Assembly: GCA_039683575.1 (NCBI GenBank)
Contig: JBDKRC010000137.1
Coordinates: 11,107-75,106 of the forward strand
Length of the DNA stretch: 64,000 bases
From: Armatimonadia bacterium
GTDB lineage: Bacteria > Armatimonadota > Zipacnadia > Zipacnadales > UBA11051
Direction of reading: 5' to 3'
The notes below the pieces were generated by a model, which saw only the letters and a list, made by a program, of their open reading frames with translations, was not told the origin of the DNA and searched no databases. Numbering within the stretch: position 1 is the stretch's first letter; each line of letters starts with the position of its first letter. A program made the translations under genes and the position numbers. Shown here in pieces: positions 10,362-23,125 of this stretch.

Positions 10362-10425
10362 GGTTTCAGGTTTCAGGGATCAGGGACGGGGTCAGGGGTC
10401 AGGGGTCAGGGGTCAGGGACGGCCT
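10362..10425 (+). repeat. G-rich tandem heptamer repeat (GGGTCAG/GGGATCA/GGGACGG, about 9 units)
   Basis: Directly visible: ggggtcaggtttcagggatcagggacggggtcaggggtcaggggtcaggggtcagggacgg, immediately 3' of the 9090-10346 gene. Confidence 0.8.
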
Positions 10426-10528
10426 GCGTACAAGGTTGTCATCCTGAACGAAGTGAAGGATCTCGGGGCTGGGTGGGGGCCGGAGATTCTTCGTCGCAAA
10501 CGACGCTCATCAGAATGACACGCGTGTT

Positions 10529-10556
10529 GGGGGGGCGTCGGGGGCGGTGCCCCCCA
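10529..10556. terminator. GC-rich hairpin between convergent genes (GGGGGC-GGT-GCCCCC core)
   Basis: Inverted repeat in ttgggggggcgtcgggggcggtgccccccaa, between the 9090-10346 (+) gene and copA (-). Confidence 0.35.
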
Positions 10557-10567
10557 AATGGCAGGGA

Positions 10568-12982
10568 TCAGGTAGGGCGGCGCTTGCCGGCCGTGCGCTT
10601 CAGTCGCAACGAATTGCTCACCACCGAAACGCTGCTCGCAGCCATGGCCCCCGCGGCGATCATGGGATTGAGCACACCGGCAATCGCCAGCGGTATCGCC
10701 GCCACGTTGTAGAAGAACGCGAAGAACAGGTTCTGCTTGATGTGCCGCAAGGTCGCGCGACTGATCTGGATCGCCCGCACGACCGCCAGCGGATCGCCGC
10801 TCACCAGCGTGATGTCCCCCGCCTCAATCGCCACATCCGTACCCGTTCCGAGCGCGATCCCCACATCCGACTGCGCCAGCGCCGGGGCGTCGTTGATGCC
10901 ATCCCCCACCATCGCCACCCGTAGCCCCTGCGCCTGCAGCGCCTTCACCCGCTCCGCCTTCTGGTCGGGCAGCACCTGCGCCAGCACCTCGTCGATCCCC
11001 ACCTGCGCCGCGATAGCCCGCGCCGTCTGCTCGTTATCGCCGGTCAGCAGGTACAGCCGCAGCCCCATGCGACGCAATCGCCCCACGGCCTCGGCCGCTG
11101 TCGGCTTGATCGTGTCCGCCAGGGCAAGCATCCCCGCCGGCCTGCCCTCCACGGCCACCAGCAGCACAGTTTTCCCCTGCTGCTGAAGCGCCGCGTAGTC
11201 CAGCCCCTGCACCGCAACGCCCGTCTCCTCCAGGTAGCCGGCCGTGCCAACCAGCACCTGTTGCCCCTCGACCTGCGCCTGCACGCCCTTCCCCGTCACC
11301 GCCGCGAACCCCACCGCCTCCGGCAACTCAAGCCCCCTCTCCCCCGCCCGCTTGACCACTGCCTGCCCCAGCGGGTGCTCCGACCCCTGCTCCACCGCCG
11401 CCACCAGTCGCAGCAGCGCGCTCTCATCACCGTCCACGGCCACAACATCCGTCACCTCGGGCTCACCCTTGGTCAACGTCCCTGTCTTGTCGAAGATGAT
11501 CGCCTGCAGCGCCCCCACGGCCTCCAACGCCGCCGCTTCACGGATCAGCACGCCCTGCTCAGCGCCCAGCCCGGTGCCGACCATCACCGCGGTCGGCGTG
11601 GCCAGACCCAGCGCACACGGGCACGCGATGACCAGCACCGAAACGGCATTCACGAGCGCACGACTGTACTCCACGTGTCCCACGAACAACCAGCCGAGGA
11701 AGGTCAGCAGCGCAATCCCGATGATGACCGGCACAAAGATGCCCGCGATCACATCCGCCAGCCGCTGGATCGGTGGCTTGGTCGCCTGCGCCTGCTGCAC
11801 CAGCCGCACGATCTCCTGCAGCACCGTATCGCGTCCCACCCGCGTCGCCCGGAACTGAAAGCTCCCGCTGCGGTTGATCGTCCCACCGATGACCTCACTC
11901 TCCGGCCGCTTCTCCACCGGCAGGCTCTCACCGGTCAGCATCGACTCATCAACGACAGACTCGCCCTGCGTCACGGTACCGTCCACCGGCAGCTTCTCCC
12001 CCGGCCGGATGATGACGATGTCATCCACCACGATCTGCTCGATCGGCAGGGACACTTCCTGCCCGTCGCGCAGCACCGCCGCCTCGCGTGGAGCCAGTTC
12101 CAGCAGCCGCCGTACCGCCTCCGACGTTCGGCCCCGCGCCCGCGCCTCCAAATACCGCCCCAGCGTGATCAGCGTGAGAATCATTGCCGCCGAATCATAG
12201 TAGAGCCCGTATTCATGGGGACCGACCATGTGCGTGTGCAGCCCAGGCAACGGCTTGAGGGTATGATACAGGCTGAGCAGGTATGCCGCCGTCGAACCCA
12301 TCGCGATCAGCACGTCCATGTTCGCCGAACCATGCCGCAGCGCGTTCCACGAATTACGGTAGTACTGCCAGCCGAGCAGCAACTGCACCGGCGTCGCGAG
12401 CACCGGCAGCAGAATCCACCAGTACCACATCGGCCACATGCTGAAGATCATCAGCGGGACAGACACGATGGCGCCAAACAAAAAGAGCCGCCACTGGTGG
12501 CGACTCTCTGCTTCACGCTCCCGTTGGCGCTCATCGGGCTCGACCTCCCCCGCGACTTCCGCCTCATATCCCGCCGACTGCACGGCCACAAGCAGTTCAG
12601 GCACACTCACTCGGGCCGGATCGAAGCTCACCTCAGCGCGCTCGCTCGCGAGGTTCACCGTGACATCATTTACCCCGTCCACTTTCTGCAGCGCCTGCTC
12701 GACGCGGTTCACGCAGGCGGCGCAGTGCAGGCCCTTGACCGCCAGCGAGATCCTGCGCCCCAGGGCTACAGCCACGGACGCCTCATAGCCCGAAGCCTCG
12801 ACTGCGCTGATCAGCCTCTCCGTCGGCAGTTCGTCCACCAGCCGCACCGTGGCGGTCTCGTCCCCGAGGTTCACAACCGCCTCAGTAACCCCGTCCACGC
12901 CCCGCAGTGCTTTCTCCACCCGCGCCACGCACGCGGCACAATGCATGCCCTTGATGTCCAGGCGGGTCGTTTTCTCTGCCAT
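10568..12982 (-). CDS. copA: copper-translocating P1B-type ATPase with two N-terminal HMA domains
   Basis: Two [16 protein letters not shown] metal-binding motifs, the CPC motif ([11 protein letters not shown]), DKTGTLT phosphorylation site, GDGINDAP. Confidence 0.9.
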   Translation of the reverse strand: MAEKTTRLDIKGMHCAACVARVEKALRGVDGVTEAVVNLGDETATVRLVDELPTERLISAVEASGYEASVAVALGRRISLAVKGLHCAACVNRVEQALQKVDGVNDVTVNLASERAEVSFDPARVSVPELLVAVQSAGYEAEVAGEVEPDERQREREAESRHQWRLFLFGAIVSVPLMIFSMWPMWYWWILLPVLATPVQLLLGWQYYRNSWNALRHGSANMDVLIAMGSTAAYLLSLYHTLKPLPGLHTHMVGPHEYGLYYDSAAMILTLITLGRYLEARARGRTSEAVRRLLELAPREAAVLRDGQEVSLPIEQIVVDDIVIIRPGEKLPVDGTVTQGESVVDESMLTGESLPVEKRPESEVIGGTINRSGSFQFRATRVGRDTVLQEIVRLVQQAQATKPPIQRLADVIAGIFVPVIIGIALLTFLGWLFVGHVEYSRALVNAVSVLVIACPCALGLATPTAVMVGTGLGAEQGVLIREAAALEAVGALQAIIFDKTGTLTKGEPEVTDVVAVDGDESALLRLVAAVEQGSEHPLGQAVVKRAGERGLELPEAVGFAAVTGKGVQAQVEGQQVLVGTAGYLEETGVAVQGLDYAALQQQGKTVLLVAVEGRPAGMLALADTIKPTAAEAVGRLRRMGLRLYLLTGDNEQTARAIAAQVGIDEVLAQVLPDQKAERVKALQAQGLRVAMVGDGINDAPALAQSDVGIALGTGTDVAIEAGDITLVSGDPLAVVRAIQISRATLRHIKQNLFFAFFYNVAAIPLAIAGVLNPMIAAGAMAASSVSVVSNSLRLKRTAGKRRPT

Positions 12983-13003
12983 TCAGGGCCTCACAAGGTG
13001 GCA

Positions 13004-13234
13004 CTATTTCGCATGCTGGGCGATCCGCGCCTCGTAGCCGGCCTTCTCTACCGCTCTGGTCAGGTCTTCCTCGATCACCCACTTCTCCGCCGTCACCATT
13101 GCCCACTGCGAATCCAGGTCCACTGTCGCCTTCCTGACCCCGGAGACGCTCTTCAAGGCCTGTTCCACGGTGTTGGCGCAGTGCGTGCACGACATGCCGT
13201 GGATCTCTATCTCAATTGTCACCAGATTCTCCAT
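13004..13234 (-). CDS. copZ: copper chaperone CopZ (HMA domain)
   Basis: MENLVTIEIEIHGMSCTHCANTVEQALKSV. Start ATG at 13234 with a GGAGGA RBS; the longer ORF start at 13300 lacks an RBS. Confidence 0.8.
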   Translation of the reverse strand: MENLVTIEIEIHGMSCTHCANTVEQALKSVSGVRKATVDLDSQWAMVTAEKWVIEEDLTRAVEKAGYEARIAQHAK

Positions 13235-13553
13235 CTGTATCCTCCACATGCTCTGGTTCCGCCGCTGGTTTGCCTTTGACGGTCTGGCGGCATTCCTCAT
13301 AGACGTCTTTCGGCACCAGTTTGAGCGATAGATAGACCAGCAGCGGGAGGATTATGACATCATCGAGCAGGCCAAGCACCGGAATCCAGTCTGGTATCAG
13401 GTCAAAGGGCATCATGGCATAGCCAATCGCCAGTAGCAGCAGCCACCTCGCGATCCGCGGCGTGCGCGGATGGCAGGCCACGAGCCGGTACAGTTGCACC
13501 TGCCGCTTGAACCCGCGTCCCAACTCTCGCAGTCGCTGCGTCACGCGTGCCAT
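13212..13553 (-). CDS. DUF1232 (YkvA-like) membrane protein
   Basis: Motif MMPFDLIPDWIPVLGLLDDVIILPLLVYL matches DUF1232 (DLIPDFIPV.G.LDD). Start taken at MARVTQ (aa 21 of the ORF). Overlaps the copZ start by about 23 nt. Confidence 0.65.
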   Translation of the reverse strand: MARVTQRLRELGRGFKRQVQLYRLVACHPRTPRIARWLLLLAIGYAMMPFDLIPDWIPVLGLLDDVIILPLLVYLSLKLVPKDVYEECRQTVKGKPAAEPEHVEDTDGESGDN

Positions 13554-13634
13554 GGTTTCTGCCTTCGCCGTTGTCCGTCTGAACCCTCCGCGCCCGTAGC
13601 GCGTATGAACCACTGGACAACCTGGCGAGGAGGA

Positions 13635-14105
13635 ATGAGGATGTTACCCAAGACCACAACTCGGGTGCAGGAGAACACCGCGCCCGAGATCAACGAGCGC
13701 ATCCAGCAGGAGATCCGAGATAACGTGCGCATGTACTCGTGCGCTTGCCCGGAGTTGATCGAGAGGCGGCTGCAGGAACTGGACGCCGAGTGGGATATCG
13801 AGCGAACACTGGAAGCCGGCGCCGGAGCCGTTGGCTTCACCAGCCTTTTGCTCGGCCTGACCGGGAAGCGTGCCTTCCTGGCTCTGCCGGTGCTCATCAC
13901 CGGGTTCCTACTGGTGCATGCCGTGCAGGGCTGGTGCCCGCCGCTGCTATTCCTCCGCCATCTGGGTGTTCGCACCCCCGGCGAGATTGAGCAGGAGCGT
14001 CAGGCGCTCAAGGCCTTGCGCGGGGACTACAAGGGCTTGAAGCCTGTCGGCGAGTGCCACTGCATGGAGGACGTCTCCGCCTATGTTGAGGCCGCCCAAC
14101 GCTAG
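13635..14105 (+). CDS. DUF2892 (YgaP-like) small membrane protein
   Basis: Start ATG 13635 preceded by GGAGGA. The longer ORF start at 13470 would overlap the divergent DUF1232 gene. Two TM helices (LLLGLTGKRAFLALPVLITGFLLVHAVQGWC). Confidence 0.6.
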   Translation: MRMLPKTTTRVQENTAPEINERIQQEIRDNVRMYSCACPELIERRLQELDAEWDIERTLEAGAGAVGFTSLLLGLTGKRAFLALPVLITGFLLVHAVQGWCPPLLFLRHLGVRTPGEIEQERQALKALRGDYKGLKPVGECHCMEDVSAYVEAAQR

Positions 14106-14118
14106 TGTCAGAACCATA

Positions 14119-14146
14119 CATGGGAGGGGCAGCCGCCCCTCCCATG
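14119..14146. terminator. bidirectional hairpin terminator between convergent DUF2892 and clpC
   Basis: Perfect inverted repeat catgggaggggc-agcc-gcccctcccatg. Confidence 0.6.
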
Positions 14147-14170
14147 GTGTTGTCCGTTGATTGTCCGTCG

Positions 14171-16675
<2,505 letters not shown>

Positions 16676-16685
16676 ATGTCATCAC

Positions 16686-17390
16686 TCAGTTGATTATTCT
16701 CGGTCTCCTCCCGCCAAAGCCACCGCGCGACTGGAGCAGGACCATACGTGCCACCATCACGGCCATGGCAAAGACCAGGAGGTTGATAACTACTTGGTGC
16801 TTTTCCTGAAGCCACGGCAACGGCCACAGGATCAGGCTCAGCGCGATCCAGACCAGGGCTGCTACTGCCAGTACCTGTCGTCGGGGGAAACACACCCTCG
16901 TCCGATGCAACCACTGCGCAAGCTCAACGCCACGCCATAGCAGGCCGATGCTTATACCGATACCTATAGCTCCAGTCAGGCGTGCTGAGTGCTCGCTGGC
17001 GCCCATCAGGTACGTAAACGCGCCCCCGATGAGCATCACGCTCGCCTTCAGAAGCCAATACCACTGAGCCACGGCCCGCACCGGCTGGGGGACCTCGATG
17101 TGCTCCTGTGCGCGCAAGATCTCCGCTGCCTCGTCCGCGCCGTCCGGGGAGGTCCAGACCACTATCGGCAGCACCCCGGGCACGCCCACCTTCAACACCG
17201 CCGTCTGCGGCTCAAGAGGGACCCGCATTGCCGGCAATCCCGCACCTTTCAAAGTACACACCGCCAGATCGGCCTCAAGCTCCTGAAACAGCCCGTGGTA
17301 GCTGGCTACTGGAACCCACTGGCTGGGTAGACCGGGCGTCATGGCTTGCTCGGCGCTCATCGGAGCACCCCCTGCGCGACAGATGCACAC
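16686..17390 (-). CDS. DUF2007-like domain fused to a C-terminal 4-5 TM membrane domain
   Basis: N-terminal part (WVPVASYHGLFQELEADLAVCTLKGAGLPAMRV...WTSPDGADEAAEILR) resembles the two upstream DUF2007 ORFs. C-terminal half is hydrophobic. Stop is 10 nt before clpC. Confidence 0.55.
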   Translation of the reverse strand: MCICRAGGAPMSAEQAMTPGLPSQWVPVASYHGLFQELEADLAVCTLKGAGLPAMRVPLEPQTAVLKVGVPGVLPIVVWTSPDGADEAAEILRAQEHIEVPQPVRAVAQWYWLLKASVMLIGGAFTYLMGASEHSARLTGAIGIGISIGLLWRGVELAQWLHRTRVCFPRRQVLAVAALVWIALSLILWPLPWLQEKHQVVINLLVFAMAVMVARMVLLQSRGGFGGRRPRIIN

Positions 17391-17618
17391 CTACTCCTTT
17401 AGCAACTCCGCCGCCTCTTCCGCCCGGTCCGGCGGCACCAGCACCCTGATCGTCTCAGGGAATTGGGCGAAAGTGGACTGCATCACCGGGAACCGCACCA
17501 CTGGAATCCCTGCCCCCTCAAGGAAGCTGACGCATGCGTTCGCGGCGCCGTCCGTCCCGAAGTCCGCCACCACCACCCAATCGTCATTCCTGGTGCGCGG
17601 TGATGTCGATTTCGGCAT
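17391..17618 (-). CDS. DUF2007 (putative signal-transducing protein) paralog
   Basis: DDWVVVADFGTDGAANACVSFLEGAGIPVVRFP...IRVLVPPDRAEEAAELLKE. The 5' end overlaps the upstream paralog, so the start is uncertain. Confidence 0.5.
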   Translation of the reverse strand: MPKSTSPRTRNDDWVVVADFGTDGAANACVSFLEGAGIPVVRFPVMQSTFAQFPETIRVLVPPDRAEEAAELLKE

Positions 17619-17853
17619 CGCTCAGCAGCTCCTTGGCGTCGGCTTCCCGGTCCGGCGGCACGAGCACCTTCACCGGCATCATCGGCCCGCCGAACCCGTC
17701 GAACACCACGGGCGCCCCAGACGGTGGGATGCGAACCACCGGAATGGCACTGCCCTCAAGCAGCGATACAACCAGGTCGGCCTCAATATCAGCCTCATGC
17801 CCCGCGCGGTGCCACACCACGACCCAATCCTCAGTCCGAGCTTCATCCGCCAT
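17584..17853 (-). CDS. DUF2007 (putative signal-transducing protein) paralog
   Basis: EDWVVVWHRAGHEADIEADLVVSLLEGSAIPVVRIP...VKVLVPPDREADAKELLSDAE. Starts 18 nt after hspR. Confidence 0.5.
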   Translation of the reverse strand: MADEARTEDWVVVWHRAGHEADIEADLVVSLLEGSAIPVVRIPPSGAPVVFDGFGGPMMPVKVLVPPDREADAKELLSDAEIDITAHQE

Positions 17854-17871
17854 GTCGGGCCTCCTCTGCGC

Positions 17872-18237
17872 TTACTCGTCCTCCGCCTGGATTCTGATCT
17901 CCACCCGTTGCCGCTCAGGTGCTGCCTTGAGCCGCAGGGGACCATGGTCCCTCTCATATTTCAGACGCTCGATCTGCCCCTGCAGGTCTGCGATCTGGTC
18001 CAGCAGCTTCAGCACCACATCCACGCCTGCTAGATTGACGCCCAGCTCCTGCGTCAGCCGCTGAATCTGTCGCAGCCGCTCGATGTCGCGCTCCGAGTAC
18101 AGCCGCAAGCCCTGAGGCGTCCTCCGTGGCTGCACGAGCCCCGCGCGCTCATACATCCGCAAGGTCTGCGGGTGCGCCGAAATCAGCCGCGCCGCAATGC
18201 TTATGTAGTAGACCGGTTCGTCTTGAGTATGCTTCAT
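17872..18237 (-). CDS. hspR: MerR-family heat-shock repressor HspR
   Basis: N-terminal MerR HTH (VYYISIAARLISAHPQTLRMYERAGLVQPRRTPQGLRLYSERDIERLRQI) plus C-terminal coiled coil, located immediately downstream of dnaJ as in HspR regulons. Confidence 0.8.
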   Translation of the reverse strand: MKHTQDEPVYYISIAARLISAHPQTLRMYERAGLVQPRRTPQGLRLYSERDIERLRQIQRLTQELGVNLAGVDVVLKLLDQIADLQGQIERLKYERDHGPLRLKAAPERQRVEIRIQAEDE

Positions 18238-18285
18238 CTATGTCATCCTCCGCCAAGTGACGGAACAATCAACTCTCGAACTCAT

Positions 18286-18371
18286 CTGTACGAGCGATCA
18301 CTGATCGCGACGCCTGCCGCTATCCGTCGCTGGCCCCACCCACTGATCGCGACCGGTGATCGCTCGTACAG
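18286..18371. promoter_or_regulatory. composite palindromic element between dnaJ and hspR: 15-bp perfect outer inverted repeat plus four TGATCGC/GCGATCA half-sites
   Basis: ctgtacgagcgatca (18286-18300) pairs with tgatcgctcgtacag (18357-18371). The inner direct repeat cactgatcgcgac occurs twice. gcgatcaCtgatcgc is a 7-1-7 palindrome. Confidence 0.5.
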
Positions 18372-18386
18372 GGAGGGGCAAGTGGG

Positions 18387-19502
18387 CTACTCCAATCCCT
18401 CCCGCACGTCCTCCTCCCAGGTCTGCCCAAACTCTTCCAGCAGTTCCTTCTGCCGCTTGTTCAGCTTCTTGGGCGCCACCAGGTACACCTCGACGTACTG
18501 GTCTCCCCTGTCCTGGCCGCCCAGTTTCGGCGCGCCCTGCCCGCGCAGGCGGAACCGTTGCCCGCTCTGCGTCCCGGCCGGGATGCTCAGCGACACCTTG
18601 CCATGCACCGTCGGCACGCTAATCTTCGCCCCCAGCGCCGCTTCCACGAAGCTGACCGGAATCTTCACATGGATGTCGTCGCCCTCGCGCTCAAACAACT
18701 TGTGTGGGTGAACGCGAATTGACATGATCAGATCACCATCCGGTCCTCCGCGCGCGCCTTTGCCGCCCTCTCCTGCCAGCCTGATCTTGCTGCCCGTGGT
18801 CACCCCCGGCGGGATCTTCACATTGATCCGCCGGTTGCGCACCACTTCCCCACCTCCGGCGCACTTCGCGCAGCGGCTCTTGATCTGCTGACCTGTCCCC
18901 TGGCACGACGGGCAAGCCTGCCCCATGCCAAAGAACCCGCCCTCGGTCACGCCCTGGCCCCGGCACGCGGTGCAAGTCGCCACCTGCCCGCCGACGCCGC
19001 CACAATCCGGACAGCGGTCGGCAATACTCAGCGACAGGCCCTTCTGCGCCCCGGTGATCGCTTCCATGAAATCTACAGCGATCTCATGAGTGATATCCTG
19101 ACCACGCTCCGGCCCCGTGCGCGTCCCGGCCCGTGCGCGTCCCACGCCACCGCCTTGCCCGGTGCGCATCTGCCCGAACAGGTCCCCAAACAGGTCTGCA
19201 AAGCTCCCCGCGCCATGCTGCTGGTAGACGAAGTTGCCAAAGTCCCCGCCCTGCCACTGCCCGGTCTGCTGGGCCTGCTGCCACTCCTGACCATACTGGT
19301 CATACTTCGCGCGCTTCTCAGAGTCGCTCAGCACCTCATAGGCCTGGCTGATACGCTTGAACCGCTCCTCGGCCTCAGCATTACCAGGATTCACGTCCGG
19401 GTGATGCTTCCGCGCCAGCTTGCGGTAAGCACTCTTAATCTCTTTATCCGAGGCCCCCCGGCTAACGCCGAGCACCTCGTAAAAATCTGGTTCTTTGGCC
19501 AT
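18387..19502 (-). CDS. dnaJ: molecular chaperone DnaJ (J domain, G/F region, four CxxCxGxG zinc repeats, C-terminal domain)
   Basis: [31 protein letters not shown]; CPDCGG...CTACRGQG...CPSCQGTG...CAKCAGGG. Confidence 0.92.
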   Translation of the reverse strand: MAKEPDFYEVLGVSRGASDKEIKSAYRKLARKHHPDVNPGNAEAEERFKRISQAYEVLSDSEKRAKYDQYGQEWQQAQQTGQWQGGDFGNFVYQQHGAGSFADLFGDLFGQMRTGQGGGVGRARAGTRTGPERGQDITHEIAVDFMEAITGAQKGLSLSIADRCPDCGGVGGQVATCTACRGQGVTEGGFFGMGQACPSCQGTGQQIKSRCAKCAGGGEVVRNRRINVKIPPGVTTGSKIRLAGEGGKGARGGPDGDLIMSIRVHPHKLFEREGDDIHVKIPVSFVEAALGAKISVPTVHGKVSLSIPAGTQSGQRFRLRGQGAPKLGGQDRGDQYVEVYLVAPKKLNKRQKELLEEFGQTWEEDVREGLE

Positions 19503-19510
19503 GTCTGCCT

Positions 19511-20020
19511 TCAGTAAAGTGTCATCCCGCCGGCTACTCCGAGGTGCTTGCGCAGTGATTTGTAGTGCTGCGAATCCGCTGTCCTAAGAACCTCTTTCAG
19601 GGCGTCTTCACTACCACTCAGGAATGTGTTGACTTCCTGCTCCACCTTGTCGCGGTCAAACGTGGGACGGGCTAGAGCATCATCGATTGCAGCACACATC
19701 TGGGCAATTGTAGCGTCGGTAATGCCTGCTTGCTTCGCCGTGCTGCGGTAGGCCGGCCACTCAAAATCGGGTATTTGTGACTTGTGGCGAAGGTAATCCC
19801 GCAGTGTCGCGTGTGTCTGAAGAGTTGCCCGCAGTGTATTCGCCTGGTGCACCGACTGTGCAGTCTCTTCAAGGTCAATCTGCTGCTTAACGAGGCGATT
19901 CTGCTCCCGCATCTCTTCCACTTGCTCCGCAGAGTGCCGAGCCTGTTTTGATGTGGCCAGCCATGAAAGAAGTGCGAAGCCAGCGCTGAATATGCTGATA
20001 ACCAAGGCAGCGGTAGCCAT
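19511..20020 (-). CDS. hypothetical membrane-anchored protein, noticeably lower GC than its neighbours, embedded in the dnaK operon
   Basis: N-terminal [24 protein letters not shown] followed by a coiled-coil-like region. Tightly spaced: 9 nt from dnaJ and 20 nt from hsp20. The DNA is visibly A/T-richer than flanking genes. Confidence 0.5.
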   Translation of the reverse strand: MATAALVISIFSAGFALLSWLATSKQARHSAEQVEEMREQNRLVKQQIDLEETAQSVHQANTLRATLQTHATLRDYLRHKSQIPDFEWPAYRSTAKQAGITDATIAQMCAAIDDALARPTFDRDKVEQEVNTFLSGSEDALKEVLRTADSQHYKSLRKHLGVAGGMTLY

Positions 20021-20040
20021 GTTCCCCTCCTAAGTTGTCG

Positions 20041-20478
20041 CTACTCCACCACAACCTCAACCTTCCGCGGTGCCGCCTCTGCCAACCTCGGTATCCGCAC
20101 CTCAAGCTCCCCCTGACGCAGCTTCGCCGACACTTGCGACAGATCCGCCTCGTCCGGCAGTGGGATCGTGCGGCTGAACGTCCCGTAGGTCCGTTCCCGC
20201 CGCAATACCACCGGGTTCTCGTCCCCCTCTTCCATCTGCTTCGTGCCGCTGATGACCAGCGCCCCGCGCTCCACCTGCACCTCCACGTCGTCCTTCGCCA
20301 CCCCCGGCAGGTCCACCAGGACCACCAGCCCCCGCTCGTCGCTCATCAAATCAACCACCGGCGCCAGCATCCCCGCCGGCCTGCACACCCGCTCCTGCTG
20401 CTGCGCCGCGCGGAAGGCCTGCTCCACCCTCGCCCGAAGCTCCCTGATCTCACGCCTCGTGTCCCAGTAGTAGGTCAT
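20041..20478 (-). CDS. Hsp20/alpha-crystallin family small heat-shock protein
   Basis: Alpha-crystallin domain: PVVDLMSDERGLVVLVDLPGVAKDDVEVQVERGALVISGTK...GTFSRTIPLPDEADLSQVSAKLRQGELEVRIP. Confidence 0.85.
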   Translation of the reverse strand: MTYYWDTRREIRELRARVEQAFRAAQQQERVCRPAGMLAPVVDLMSDERGLVVLVDLPGVAKDDVEVQVERGALVISGTKQMEEGDENPVVLRRERTYGTFSRTIPLPDEADLSQVSAKLRQGELEVRIPRLAEAAPRKVEVVVE

Positions 20479-20870
20479 CGCTGCTCCTCCCCCGCCTGCG
20501 CCTTCTTCACCCGCACAGTCAGCACCCCGTCACGCAAACTCGCCGACAGGACCCAGTTCCCCTCTGGCAGCGCCAGCGACCGCTGGAAGCGCCCTGCGAG
20601 CCTCTCGCGCCGGTGATACCGCCCCTCGCGCACCTTCCGTTCGCCGCTGATGCTGAGCGTGCTGCCCTCAAGCTCCACATTCACATCATCCCGCGCCACG
20701 CCCGGCAGTTCCACCGTCACCACCATGCCCTCCCCCAGCGCGACGATGTCCAGCGCCGGCATGAAGCCCATCCCTGCCTGCCCAGCCCCCGCCGCCTCGC
20801 TCTCCAGCGCGCGATAGAGCCGCCGCCGCAGGTCCAGCAGCGCGTCAAGTTGTTCGGTCATCCCCAGCAT
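20475..20870 (-). CDS. Hsp20/alpha-crystallin family small heat-shock protein (paralog; 4-nt overlap with the downstream hsp20)
   Basis: PALDIVALGEGMVVTVELPGVARDDVNVELEGSTLSISGERK...GRFQRSLALPEGNWVLSASLRDGVLTVRV. Confidence 0.85.
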   Translation of the reverse strand: MLGMTEQLDALLDLRRRLYRALESEAAGAGQAGMGFMPALDIVALGEGMVVTVELPGVARDDVNVELEGSTLSISGERKVREGRYHRRERLAGRFQRSLALPEGNWVLSASLRDGVLTVRVKKAQAGEEQR

Positions 20871-20912
20871 GGCCTGCTCCTTCAGCTAACTCTTCATCCG
20901 ACCCGCGGGTGG

Positions 20913-20947
20913 GCCGGATACCGGCGATGAGACTGCCGGTATTCGGC
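20913..20947 (-). terminator. imperfect hairpin between dnaK and hsp20 (possible partial terminator/attenuator)
   Basis: gccggataccggcg-atgagact-gccggtattcggc in the 93-nt dnaK-hsp20 spacer, followed on the coding strand by a GAAGGAG RBS for hsp20. Confidence 0.4.
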
Positions 20948-20963
20948 CCCTCCGTTCGTTCGC

Positions 20964-22925
<1,962 letters not shown>

Positions 22926-22941
22926 TCATTTACTGAAACCG

Positions 22942-22971
22942 AGTATAAGACTTGAGTGTATTACTGTCAAG
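22942..22971 (-). promoter_or_regulatory. sigma70-type promoter (TTGACA-N17-TATACT) for dnaK with an overlapping HAIR-like HspR operator (CTTGACA-N7-ACTCAAG)
   Basis: The minus strand reads cTTGACAgtaatacACTCAAGtcTTATACT about 75-100 nt upstream of the dnaK start. HAIR consensus is CTTGAGT-N7-ACTCAAG. Confidence 0.6.
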
Positions 22972-23125
22972 TGTCTGAACGAAATAATGTAGCGCTCTCC
23001 AGTCCCTTCCCTGCTTCTTTGTGACGAATACTTCCCCCCCGGGTTCTAACACTCGGGCAAGGATGCCCGCGCTCCACACGGCAATAAGGCAGGTCCCACC
23101 CCCTCACACGCCGAACCCACACCCC

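Noticed and set aside
10362-10425. Possible CRISPR array
   Set aside because: Units are 7 bp with no spacers, and there are no cas genes. It is a simple microsatellite-like repeat.
10347-10712. 121-aa ORF translating the G-rich heptamer array as a Gly/Ser-rich peptide (GSGFRFQGSGTGSGVRGQGSG)
   Set aside because: The 'protein' is just the repeat read in frame and then runs into the antisense of the copA 3' end. No RBS. Better explained as a non-coding tandem repeat.
11261-13279. 672-aa plus-strand ORF opposite copA
   Set aside because: Extreme Arg/His/Pro/Leu bias and no domains. It overlaps the strongly conserved copA and copZ frames. Artefact of high GC.
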